Assembly (NCBI RefSeq): GCF_018977255.1
Contig: NW_024704755.1
Span: forward strand, 2,108,001 to 2,172,000
Direction: 5' to 3'
DNA length: 64,000 bases
Source: Callorhinchus milii
Taxonomy: Eukaryota
The notes beneath the pieces are model-generated. The model worked only from the letters and a program-made list of their open reading frames with translations, had not been told where the DNA came from and did not search any database. The position numbers were made by a program, and so were the translations under genes. Each line of letters starts with the position of its first letter. The first letter of the stretch is position 1. Of this stretch, positions 52,246-64,000 are shown in pieces.

Positions 52246-52866
52246 ATGTTCCGTCAGGGTTTTCGGGCCTCGCAGCATGGCGCAGGCAACAGGCAGGGCT
52301 TCCGCAGCCCCCCGCCCACGGCCTACCCCGGCTCGCTGAGCCCCGCCCTCACCATGCAGCCCCCCGGGGGTTTGCCTCACGCGTGGGGCTCTCCCACTCC
52401 GCCCTACGGGCCCGGTCCCCGCCACCGGGGTTCGCCTCAGCAGCAGCAGCTACAACAGCAGCAGCAGCAGCAACAAGGCCAAGGAGCGCCGCCATTTCAT
52501 CACCAGCATCACCACCACCACCACCAACAACAACAACAACGCTACAACAGCCCGTGTGTCAGTCACCAACAACCGGGCTACAGCCCCCGGCACCGAGGAG
52601 GCCGCGGCTACTCCTCGCCGCCCTATCACCCGCTCTCCCCGGCCCACAGGAAGTACCAGGGCTCGCCCAGGACCTCGACGCCGTCGTTCGGTGGGGCCCA
52701 AGGCCGGGAGAACCGCTTCTCGACCAACGTGGAGCACTATTACAAGCCTTCCATGCTCGAGGACCCGTGGGCTCACCTGGAGCCGGTCTCTGTTTGTGAC
52801 ATTAACCAGCAGCACAGCCAACAACAGACCACCAGCTCGGGTCAAAGAGGGAGGTATTTCAGTTAA
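52246..52866 (+). CDS. MPLKIP: M-phase-specific PLK1-interacting protein (TTDN1), single coding exon, 206 aa
   Basis: MFRQGFR start; [32 protein letters not shown] and C-terminal GRYFS* match MPLKIP; uninterrupted ORF. Confidence 0.93.
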   Translation: MFRQGFRASQHGAGNRQGFRSPPPTAYPGSLSPALTMQPPGGLPHAWGSPTPPYGPGPRHRGSPQQQQLQQQQQQQQGQGAPPFHHQHHHHHHQQQQQRYNSPCVSHQQPGYSPRHRGGRGYSSPPYHPLSPAHRKYQGSPRTSTPSFGGAQGRENRFSTNVEHYYKPSMLEDPWAHLEPVSVCDINQQHSQQQTTSSGQRGRYFS

Positions 52867-55800
52867 ACAAAAACAGAGAGAGAGAGAGAGAGAGGAGAGA
52901 GAGAAAGTCACTCGCAATAAACAAAAAAAAATGCAATGCAGACAACACATTACTTTCCATTTGCATCTACGAGGGACAAAACTGGGTAAGCGAGAGAGAG
53001 AGAGAGAGAGAGAGAAAATAACTTGATCTATACATTGTCACAACCGATGAACGTTATCCAAGAACTATGGGTTTCCTACTGTAATTGCTTTCCAGAGACA
53101 AAGGTTTTTAATTTGACTTAAATATTTTCAGGATTGACTTTTTATGAGAACGTATTTTTTTAAAAACACCTCTGGTTTTTTTGCAACATGGGGGCTTGTT
53201 GGATGTTACCTAGGAGGGTTCTAATTACTTCAGAACTGGGAAGTGCCTGCTCAGAAGAACTGTTAAATGTTCTTTTTAAACACCAGCCAATGAACAATGA
53301 CTGATAAATTTACAGGTGTCCATCTCTTCTATGCATTACAAACAGGTTAGACAGGTTGTCAACCTTTTGCTGTAAACCACCCCCTACAGTTCTTTTTTAA
53401 TTTGTCAAAACTTTTTAGATCCAGGATAAAATAATAGTGCAATGTTATGACTTTGTATCTCCCATGTTTCTAGTCGTATGTGGAAAAAAAAAGAAATCTG
53501 GTTTTCTTTACTTAAAATTATGTGTTTCATGTATGATTTAGTAGTGGTGAGACGGTAACTCTTTGGCATGTGCAGTAAAGGTATAGAGGTGTGCGTACTG
53601 TTATCAGCATTTCTGTTTTTGAGAGAATAAATATTTTGCAAAGTATAGGTAAGAAAATTGAGTACATTTTAATTTACTCAGGGAATTGCATGTGAACTGG
53701 TCATAGAGGAGGAATGTCATGATTTGTCTTGTCAATAGTCTACTGGTCAAAACTTTATGTAAAACTCAAGAGCTTTTTTGTAATGGAAATATTTTTTCCC
53801 ATAACTGATATTAACAGCAAGTACAGGGAAATGCCTTCCTTGAACCTGCTGCTATGGCTAAGCTGTTCTTTTCAACTCATACCCTTTTTTTGCTGGAAAG
53901 ATAATTGTAGTATTATTTGCTCAAACTTCAAGAAATCTCACTTTCATTATTAGCTCTAAATTACTAACATGCTGATAACCCATTTTAAATAAAGTAAACT
54001 TTTTACATTTGCTTCCCCTGTTGTACCTTGTTTTCCTACTATTTTCTTACCCTCTATAATCTGAGTTTAGGTTTGCTTTATTCCTACACCTTCGTTTAGG
54101 ATTTAAGCTTTTTGCCTCCTTCCATAAATGGAGATAAGAGTATTTTTTTTGTTATTTTAGATCATTTACCTCCCATCAGAAGATGCAAGTAATCTGATCC
54201 AGAAATTGGACATAAACTGTGGGAAGAGATGTCCATAATGCTTAAATTCTGTAGCAAACTAGTGTTTCTAAAACATTTTAAAAATTCTTATTTTTATAGT
54301 TGTACATCTAATTACATATTATTTTGGATAATAAATAACTGTTCCAGATCACAAGTTTGTGAAAACATTGCAGGTAATGTTAAATTTGTTTGTGGTTACT
54401 GACGGTATATCTGTTCTAACCCCAGATTTATTCAGTTCAGAAGTGATATACACATTTCCACCTTGCGCTACCATGGTGGTACTGCAATGGGTGCAAGTGA
54501 GTGGGAATCTTTAACTCAATTGCATTGTTTAAACAATAGGGACATTGGATTGAATGGCTGTCCCCAATGTTGTAAATTCTATGAATTGTCCCATAGCAGT
54601 TTCCTCACTGGCCTGTATGGATTCAAAGGTGTTCAGAAAAGTTTGACAAATTGCATTTGTGCAAACTGTTTGCACAATGTACAGTTTATTTCTGCTGCAC
54701 AACATCGGTGGGGGAAATTCCACAACACCAGCATCCCTGAGCTATATTGCAGATCTGCATTCTCAAGTGGCTTTTTGCAACTCTTTTTTACAATGTGTGT
54801 TTTACACCAGCCGACCTACTGTTCTTCAATTCCAAACAGTAATTGGTAAAAAAAAAAGTTTTTTTAATATGAATTTGCTAAATGGAGTGAGGAAATCCTA
54901 TAAAGTAGGAAGAGCTGCGGCTGGATATACAAACAAGCTTTGTTCATCTAGTTGGTGAGTAGAGTTTCTAAGTAGCAATTTTAGTTGCAAATATTTACAT
55001 AAAACCTGTGAAATCTTCAATACTATTTTTAAATATCGATCTATTCTCTAGTTTCACTGTTTTTTTGTCTTTTCTTCTATGTCCTAAATTGTATTAATTC
55101 TACAGTCTAATGGAATGAAAGGAAGTGGGAGCTAGTTTTCCATGAGAATTTGATGCAAATATAGTGATAGCATTCCATAGTCACATCTCAGTCCAGCTAG
55201 CATATTGCTTGACCTTCTTATTTGTGGATATGTGTCTAATGTATTAACTTTTTACAGTATTCAGAAGCTTGTTTTGTGCCTCATCAAAACTATTCGACCT
55301 TAAGTGTGACAACATAGTTGTGGTTAATCGGTGCAATGAAAATTACAATCACATATTGGATTGTGGGAGCCTAGTGGATACCTACACAGGTGCAGAAAAT
55401 ATTATCGTCATACAGAGCACACTTCTTGAAAATCAATAAGCAGGTAAAAGTCTCTGGCAGGCTCGTAACTGGATGTATGTTGTAAGATGGTGCCAAAGTT
55501 GGATAGATTGTCGTCACAATATGAGTGGTAGTTTTTTACACTTTGTCTATTTTCTAATTGTTCCCATCCTTATTCAGGGAAATTGTGGAGGATAGTGCAC
55601 AAAAATAGAGGACGACTTTGGCCCATCCCAATTTGTAGCTATTGGGATGTCCACCTAAGATACATACTCCACCGTATGAAGTGTACTGAGTGCTATTCTG
55701 TTTCTCTATTTGAGACCTGAACTATTGTTGATAATATAGGTAATAATAATAAATAATAAATTGGCAAGTGTGAAAGAAACCAGTTAGCTCTATCTAGTTC

Positions 55801-58554
55801 CTCTGAAATTGGAACAAGCTACGCTAAATCTTTGTTGAATGTAATTGAAGGTAAGTCTAAAGGATGCCCTTTAGGGTTGAGGTATCCCGTTGTCGTCTAA
55901 CTGAGTTGTCCTACCATGTAGGAGAAATCTGAAGCTATTTCCAGCAACATCCATCATGAAGCTTTGGAAAATGAGAGGGAGCAGTCTTGTTGAAGTCATG
56001 GGGAAGAACAATTTGCATTGAAAAGTAAAATCAATTGCAGGTATGTTTTTTTTTCATCTTCCTACTTAAAGAAACTGTAGGTCCTTAGCTAACGCTCCCA
56101 GGGATGTCTATGTGAGAATTTAATTTTTTTTTCCTTTTTTTGAGAAAAAATTCCTCGAGCAATAAGCTCACAGATGTTTCTTAATACAAAAAATTCTTAA
56201 TGCTCCGTAGATTCTCATGATCTTTCTGAGGGTATTTCCCCTTCTTCCCACCAATAATCTTTTTCAGAATTCAAGGATTATGATTGACTAGTTCATTCGA
56301 ACCAGCACACTCGGTCCCATCGAGAATAGTCGAGGGGCCCATAATATATGGTTGGTATCAGCTTCTTGACAGTGTTGGAATGTCCAAATGTAGCATAAAG
56401 CATGCTTGAATGATTATCTCTTCACATGAGATGGAATATAGTTGGTGGATTTATTGTAGACTCCAAATAAGATTGATTTGCCTGTCCTAATCCTATTGTC
56501 ACCCATTAATATTTAAACACGTGCAAAAGTGTATGCCGTTTCTAATTCACTTGGCGTGCAATATTTGAGCAACTTCATTCTACTGGGGAAAAAAGGCTAC
56601 TTGTACGTTGCAATAGTGAAAGTTAGGTAGTTAGCCTCTGGATTAATAACTTGCTATCCACACAAGGTGTTAGTATTTACAACCTATTGAATTATCTGAG
56701 TCCAATATTAAGAGCAGTAATTTCCACTAGCAGATATTTGAATTGTGTTTGAATATATTAACCACAGGTATGTGCTGGCTATATGCTGGGGCATGATTGT
56801 GCTTGGATAGTGGAGAAATGTAAATTATATTTCCTCTTTTCTCCTTTCACAAGGTATCTGCCTTGGTTACTGTAGACAGATAACCAAGTAGAAGCCAGGC
56901 ATTTCCTATGAAGAGTTGTCCACGGCCAGCCGTTGTTGCCCTTATGGTAGTTGTCCGAGTGACATTAGTGGAATCTTGGCTAGGAACATCCATCTTCCTG
57001 TTAAGGATTTAGCACTCAACAAAAACAAAGTGAAAGATAGCAGTGTGAGTTATTGGTGGCCACTAATTTGAAACCACAGTTGTAAAGTTAGAACAAAACC
57101 AACTGTTAGATAACATTTGATGTCATGTGTAATCTGGAATCTCATAGTCTAAAACACTGGCAAGGGTGGTAAGTGTGGGGGGGGACGGGGGGGACTGTTG
57201 ACATCAATGATGATTAAAGGCAATGTAATACATTGAGTAGATTTTCAATGTGAAAATTCTTTTGACATTGCAAAAGTAATCTGGAACTTAGGACATAGCA
57301 TTTTGTCACAAAATTGGTACACTTTGCAGATGTCTGTGCAATAATATCTTGTGAGTTGTTTAACTCCATATTGCATCCAATTTCTCCCTATGCTCCCAAT
57401 TCTCTTTTCTACTCGAATTATAGAGTAAAAATTATCTCCTTTTTTTAATTTCTCATTTGATTTTTCCTTTAGTGGCATTAAAATAGGCATTTCCCCTGAA
57501 TGTTGCAACTGACAGATTGGAAATGCAAATGTGTATTTCGTGTTTGGTCTTGGCTGCTGTAAAAATTGTAATTGTATACCAAAGCTGTTATTTAACATTT
57601 AAAGAACAAAGTACTCTGTATACTGACTGTTTAACGAGTATTAGTACAAGATGAGCTTTATGCTTCCATTTAAGGAGTTCTATTCAATAGTGGGGAGGTT
57701 GTTGATGCTTGGGTCTGTGACACTCAGCGGAGAAGGACTTAATAAGATGTTACCCAGAGAGAGAGAAAAACAAGGATCAGCCAATACAATAGCCACAACC
57801 GTAGCTAGCACTTGGCAACAAAGTCAGGTAATTTTGTAGCATTTTCTGCCTCGAGGTATAAACATAAGATGCTCTTTTTTAGTGATGACTGAATAGAAAG
57901 TGGGGGAGGAGTCGCTATGTAGTAATGTGAAGTAGCTGTAGGAGAGGAGGAATAAAATATGAAAGTTTTCATGTACTTTTTTTGAGCAACATCCCAGTTA
58001 GATTTGAAGGAAAATCTAATACTTGTGTTGGTATTGTGTCGAATCCATCTTGGATAAAGGTTTTTATTATGGTGAATAAACGGACTCGCAGAAGGTTGGT
58101 TTTATATCAAATCAACAAGATTATCTCACTATTTTCTTTGTAATTTTTTTAACCTTCTTGGTGACTTTCCCTTATTAAGCTCATGTGGACATTGGTGAAC
58201 AGAATAAAGTACAACTATGTGTGTCAGTTTCATTTATTTTCATTGTGTTAATCCATTATTGGATGTTAATAGTATAATGTGTTGGAACTCACTAAATCCA
58301 GATTTTGCGGCCAATAGGACTTGGGTGTTTTTTTTAACAAAACAGATCTTTTGATATCAGGAACTGATGATATAATTAGGTTGTTTGGAAGCTTCACTTT
58401 TAACTCCCTCATTTTCAGCACCCAGTTGGAACACAGGAAAATATTGGGCACAAAGGAAGAGGAGGAAAGACCCAAAAACAGTTCAGTGGGAAATTAACTG
58501 CATAGAGATCCAATTAGGAAATACTGTACCACTGAAAAAGAACGAATACAGCCT

Positions 58555-58857
58555 TATAATAATCCTTGTATTTGATAATAGTGCTTTTCACGTCTCCTAG
58601 ATGTCTCAAAGCGCTTCACAGAATATACTGTAAAGTGAATTGACTGTATATTTGTGGGCGAAACGCAACAGCCAATTGCGCACAGCAGTGTCCCACAAAC
58701 AGTCGTGGATTGAAGTGACCAATTTTTTTTTTTCTTGAGGGATTATTATCAGGTGTGTAGAGTAAGGAAACTTGCCCAAGGTTTCACCCTACCGGGAATC
58801 AAACCCAGATTTCTCACTTGCAAGGTGAATGCTTTAACAACTGAGCTACAGGACTCC
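58555..58857 (-). mobile_element. Full-length tRNA-derived SINE, more diverged copy
   Basis: Reverse complement of the same family. Confidence 0.85.
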
Positions 58858-61221
58858 TTGTCTTCAGTTTGCATTGAGCTTGTCTTTAGCTAATTGTTAT
58901 GAAATTTGAATACTTCAAATGTAATCTGCATATTGAATTGCAATTGTTACCCTCCATGGTTTGAAAGCTTGTGAGAATCTTTACCACGAGATGAGCGTTT
59001 CACAAAATTTAGATGCAAGCGTTTCAAACTGCTTTTCCTAATAGCTATATCTGTTTCTACATTCAACAAGATCTACTTCAACTCTTCCGAAGCTGCCTTT
59101 ATCTGCCAATGTAAAATCTGCATTCAAATGAATAAGTTAGAGGTTAGCATCAAGTCACTGTTGAAAATTAAAATTGTCTTGGTTCTATGTCCCCTTGGGT
59201 CTTTGAGAACTGAATGATGGAAGATAAATGTAAAACATGAAGAACATCAGTTTAGAGGAAAGAATTAAGAAGCGCTTGATACTCAAGTCTGAATGTTTTA
59301 GTGAGCTCTGGATGAGATGGGTTATTTCATCAGTTGGGCTTGTATTTTATACCTCTGTGGTATACAGTTTACTTCGGCCATTTGGCTGTCAATGAGCAAG
59401 CCTCCTGTGTATACTTCATTGATGGAGGATGTCACACAGACCACCACAATGCACAAGCCATGCCAAATGAGTTGGGATAGATTTGATAAGTTCCAGAGTT
59501 AAAGGACCTTACCCAACTGTACCCATTCACCACAACCATCTTTGGCATTAAAAGCAGATGAGCAGCAGCGGAGCTAAGTACGTTGTGAGAAAGGGATCGT
59601 GATGACTACCACACCAGGAAAAATTACATAAATATTAACACCTTGGAATAATTTATATTGACAATTGAATATCAAATCCATGGAAGCGAAGCAGTCATTG
59701 ACTGCCACAGCTTTGACTAACATTCAAGATTACTGCTGAAAGTGTTGCTTCTAATTTTAGCATTCAATTTGGTGTGGTGCCAAATGACTTTGTCACAAAA
59801 GACTTGCTGTGTTTCAGGCTACTTTTGAAATCAATAAATTGCAATTTGCAATACATCACTTTGTCTCTGGAAAGTTGCTGCATTACAGTAATGTGGAAAA
59901 TAAGTTGTGGGTTTTTACCTCAGTGGTGATGCATTATGTGGTGGTTTTTTTTTCACTCAGTGAAAAACTTAAGCAGTTACTCCTGGATTACAGCAATATT
60001 AAGCATTATATTTTTACATTTTGTACATAAAATGTCAGAAGTGAAATGTTTTTCTGTACACTGATTTTCTCTGGATAATAAAGTTTTTGCTCTCAAAGTT
60101 CCATGTCATTATTGAAATTGTGTAAATTGTTAATCAAAATGGCTTCAAATGACTACCACAAAAGCAAGAATTAGTAGAATCATGTTTTTATTGCACACTG
60201 ATGAAAACTGTTAAGTAGTCATTGTTGCTAACTGCAGCATAGCTGTCTTGAGGAGTAAATTGCTTTTTATTTAAACTAAACTGAAGCCATGAATATAATT
60301 TCCATATGCATAGATATCAAAATGATGAAGTAAGTTTATGCTCTTAAGTGAATGTGTATTGGATAAAAAGATCTGAAGTACTGCCATGTCACATCTAGTT
60401 TCTGTCTGATATCCACACGCACGGGATTTGCAACAAGAGAAACATGAACCAGCAATTGGCAGCAAGAGCCTCTGGTGATATTTGCCTTTGAGGCCAATTG
60501 TAGCACCCTGACTGCCATCATGATTGGATTAATTTGATAGATCAAACTTCAAGACTGTTAATGTGTATGACTCAATTACTATTCCAGGAAGTGGTATTCC
60601 CAAGTAGCCATCAAGGGAGCCTTTTTAAAGTAGCGCATTCTAATGTGTATATTTTCTACAATCCTTTTTAACTGCTTGTGTGTATTAAACTGTGTTTGTA
60701 CATTAGGACATTTTCAAAACCTTTAATAATAGCTGTTGTGAGTCAGTAGCAAAATGAGCTTTTTCCTGTTTTGCCTATGGGAATGCCTCTGTTATCAAGC
60801 ATTGTGGTTTAAATTGAGTACATAAATCTAGGAGATCGCACACTGCTAAATGTGCTCATGCCAGTATAAATAACACTAATGTTTCATTTAAAGTCTCTGG
60901 AAGCCGAGAAGTTGGGATAATTCCCAGGTCCTGCAATGGATTGCCAGGTTAGAGATGAGCTCAAATCCCAACATGGGCCTTGACCCACAACCTTCAGCCC
61001 CAGAGACCAGAGTGTCACCAATTGGACGTGAGTTGACAAAGGGACATATTGGTGGGTCTGGGCTCGCTGGAGAGAGAAGTTACATCTGTGATATTGTGGA
61101 TGACAGAAATGACGGAAGTTGACATTGATGGATGGAAGCTAAGGGGGATGGGGAGCAGAAGTAAAGGAAGAAATCTGGGAAATGGTGCAGGTTCAATCCA
61201 AGGCCTTCGCAATCGTAGATA

Positions 61222-61534
61222 AAATAATCCTTGCATTTGATATAGCGCTTTTCACGTCGGGAGGACGTCCCAAAGTGCTTCCCAGAACACACTGTAAAGT
61301 GAATTGACTGTATATTTGTGGGCGAACGCGGCAGCCAATTGCGCACAGCAATGTCCCACAAACAGTCGTAGATTGAAAATGACCAATTTATCATTGTTTT
61401 TGGTTTTGGAGGGATTATTATTAGGCTTTGTGTAGAGTAAGGAAACTTGCCCGAGGTTTTGCCCTCTGCCTGGAATTGAACTCAGGTCTCTCGCTTGCAA
61501 AGCGAGTGCTCTAACCACTGAGCTACAGGACTCC
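61222..61534 (-). mobile_element. Full-length young tRNA-derived SINE
   Basis: Reverse complement of the same family. Confidence 0.9.
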
Positions 61535-63099
61535 ACGATGAAGAAAGCGCTGAGGGCGAGGCCATTTCGCAAGATGGGGGCAGATTATTGCAACCACGTT
61601 GGGATAGATAAAAGTGTTGCAAACCTTAGTCAAGTCAGTAACGAGGCACAGACAGACCTGCTGAGCTCAATTCAATCATGACTCATGAAACAGGAGACGA
61701 GCTATGAATCAAATAAGGCGTCATTGCGCGCAGTCTCTGCCTGCCTCATATGAGTTGACACATCGGTTTATAACATGCACGTCGCTTAAGTCTGAAAGAA
61801 GAAAATGCCAATCAGCCGAGCCGAGTTATTGGGTAACACAAATGAAAGGCTGCCAAGTGATTTAAGATCAAACAGACCCCGCGAGCGACATCAAACATGC
61901 CCTATATTTAAAATCAAGTGGCTTATTGATCTGTGGTGGAATGTGAATCAATCTAAAGTGCGAGTGTTGCTTACAGGATGTACATACTGTGCAGCAAAGT
62001 AGCTCCCCTTCTGGAACTGAAAGTTTTTTTAAAAAAATTACAGTGAGATAGATGTCCATAAACCAGCTTTGTGGCTAAGATGATTTAATGGTAGTAATAA
62101 TACTAATAATCCTTACATTTGATACAGTAGTGCCTTATCACATCTTTCGAGACGTCTCAAAGCGCTTCACAGAATATAGTGTAAAGTGGATTGACTGTAT
62201 TTTGTGGGTGAAATTTTGTGATGGATACATTGAACGCACCCAGTACCATTCATTAATCCCTCCCATTAAAATCAAATAAATTGGTCACTCGTTCCATGGT
62301 GGGACACCGCTGTGCGCCATCGGCTGCTGCATTTCGCCCGCAATCGATACAGTCGATTCACTTTACAGCATATTCCGTTCGGCGCTATTGAGACGTCTCG
62401 AAGACGCGATGAAGCGCTATGTCAAATGCAAAGGATTATTATTGTTAAGTTTTCTCTCCGGTTGCTTTAACCTTTAACCAACCGAGTTCACCAAACGTGT
62501 ATATGCTGTGAGTGTGTGAGTGAGTGAGTGAGTGAGAGAGAGAGAGAGAGAGAGAGAGTGTCACACACACACAGATCGATGTCAGCGCAGAGACGTTTTA
62601 AGGTCGTTACCTTATATTTTATGACAACTGCACTCGACCCTCTTTCTTACTCACTCACCCTTCGCTTCCTGGTCGGTGGCACTTGACGCGTATCGTCGCT
62701 TCCGAACTTTGCAACGCCCTATTGTTTTGGTTACAATCGCTTTCATTTTTTTTTAGATTTCTGAATGTTATTTTATTTCAGTGCTTTTTTTTTTATAGAT
62801 ACATCTATTTAAAAAAAAAGGGAATATATATATATATCTATAAAATAAAATAGGGCAGTATTTCTCCGGGTTGGTATTGGGGTTAATAGACAGACAAGAG
62901 TGGTGGATTCCCTTTCGATCGGGGGGAGGGGGGGGGGGGAGGGAGGAGAGAGACACAGACAGAGAGAGAGAGAGAGTGTGTGTGTGTTGTAAGGTCTTAA
63001 CTAACTTCCATCATCCGCGTCATTCGCTGCTTGAGAAACCCAGGAGCGAGATGATAGGGGAGAGGGGGGGAGAGGGGGGAGAACCCGCATTGCTGCTGC

Positions 63100-63140
63100 G
63101 GGAATTGGACTGTTTGACATCATGTTTGGGCTATAAATCC
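63100..63140 (+). promoter_or_regulatory. Core promoter: inverted CCAAT, CRE/ATF-like TGACATCA and TATA box
   Basis: ATTGG 63104-63108, TGACATCA 63115-63122, TATAAA 63132-63137, upstream of the ORF at 63675. Confidence 0.6.
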
Positions 63141-63195
63141 CCTGACAGCTGAGCGACCGACACCAACCTCCCCCCAGTCAACTAACCCTCCCTCC

Positions 63196-63650
63196 CAGCC
63201 CGGCCAGGACAAGCCAAGCCCAGCCCGGCCAGGACAAGCCAAGCCCGGCCAGGACAAGCCCAACCCAGCCAGGACAAGCCAAGCCCGGCCAAGCCCAGCC
63301 CAGCCCGGCCAGGACAAGCCAAGCCCGGCCAAGCCCAGCCCGGCCAGGACAAGCCAAGCCAAGCCCGGCCAGGACAAGCCCGGCCAGGACAAGCCCAGCC
63401 AAGCCAAGCCCGGCCAGGACAAGCCCAGCCCAGCCCGGCCAAGCCAAGCCCGGCCAGGACAAGCCAAGCCCAGCCCGGCCAAGCCAAGCCCGGCCAGGAC
63501 AAGCCAAGCCAAGCCCGGCCAGGACAAGCCCAGCCCAGCCCGGCCAAGCCAAGCCCGGCCAGGACAAGCCAAGCCCAGCCCAGCCCGGCCAAGCCCGGCC
63601 AGGACAAGCCCGGCCAGGACAAGCCCAGCCCGGCCAGGACAAGCCCGGCC
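63196..63650 (+). repeat. Pentamer-module satellite (CAGCC/CGGCC/AGGAC/AAGCC), ~90 pentamers
   Basis: Directly visible 5-nt periodicity; no T on the + strand from 63194 to 63661. Confidence 0.95.
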
Positions 63651-63674
63651 ACCGCCGCCGGTCTGCGTCGGACG

Positions 63675-64000
63675 ATGGAGCAAACTGCTCTGTTCAGGTC
63701 GCCTCCTCGGCTGTGTCTCCCTCGAAACCTGAGCTGTATGGCTCGGCTGCAGTGCTGTCAAACGCTCGAGACTCAGGCGGCAGTGATCGCCTGCAATGGA
63801 CCTCAGCACAGCCCGAGCCCCAACCCCAGCCCGACAGACCCCGAGAGACAACAACAACAGCAGCAGCAGAGAGGACGCGAACCGTCAGCCAACACCAACA
63901 CCACCACCAGCAGCAGCAGCACCGGCCTGGACCCGGACTCCAGCCCCGGGCAACGCAGGAGAGCCAAGTCCTTGTCTCCGGTGGGCGAGCGGTGGCTGCT
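63675..64000 (+). CDS. 5' part of a probable protein phosphatase 1 regulatory subunit 3 (PPP1R3D/E/G-type glycogen-targeting subunit), truncated by the window edge
   Basis: ACGATGG Kozak; frame open to the window end: MEQTALFRSPPRLCLPRNLSCMARL...RRRAKSLSPVGERWL. PRNLS and RRA(K/R)S resemble the N-terminal motifs I recall for PPP1R3D/E. The diagnostic RVxF and CBM21 would lie beyond the window. Confidence 0.6.
   Translation, partial: MEQTALFRSPPRLCLPRNLSCMARLQCCQTLETQAAVIACNGPQHSPSPNPSPTDPERQQQQQQQRGREPSANTNTTTSSSSTGLDPDSSPGQRRRAKSLSPVGERWL

Noticed and set aside
60313-60414. Possible C/D box snoRNA (ATGATGA...CTGA with GATATCA/TGATATC ends)
   Set aside because: Terminal stem is out of register for a kink-turn, no rRNA-complementary guide recognised, and no host intron established.
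53000-61000. Scattered strong splice donors (e.g. ~54374, 55851, 56041) and a search for GCSH exons
   Set aside because: Candidate exons I translated contained stops (all three frames for 55922-56040) and no GCSH motifs were recognised.
63120-63857. Minus-strand GLA/WPG-repeat ORFs
   Set aside because: Artefact of the pentamer array, which has no A on that strand and therefore no stops.

Overview
Compact vertebrate genomic DNA, most likely a cartilaginous fish and probably a holocephalan (inferred from the Deu-type tRNA-SINEs, L2/CR1 relics and short introns). It is orthologous to the human 16q23 block. Genes reconstructed by hand from splice sites and frame: CDYL2 (+, coding exons 2-7; exon 1 not found in the window), CMC2 (-, 3 small coding exons mostly missed by the ORF track), CENPN (+, 10 coding exons, a 464-N gap after exon 1), ATMIN (+, 4 exons), a C16orf46 orthologue (-, 2 coding exons), an intronless MPLKIP/TTDN1 (+), and the 5' end of a probable PPP1R3D/E/G-type PP1 glycogen-targeting subunit running off the right edge. 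No prokaryote-type system is present. The most unusual pattern is that all four CpG-island 5' regions carry tandem-repeat expansions: a 32-bp CCAAT+GC-box unit at ATMIN, a ~21-bp RFX-half-site+KLF unit at CMC2/CENPN, an L2-derived G-rich minisatellite at C16orf46, and a 468-nt T-free pentamer array in the PPP1R3 leader. Other oddities are a GC-AG intron and a SINE-tail-built acceptor in CDYL2, a similar GC-rich inverted L2 pair in the first introns of CMC2 and ATMIN, and synteny changes relative to human. Homology calls rest on my recall of the human proteins; no searches were run.
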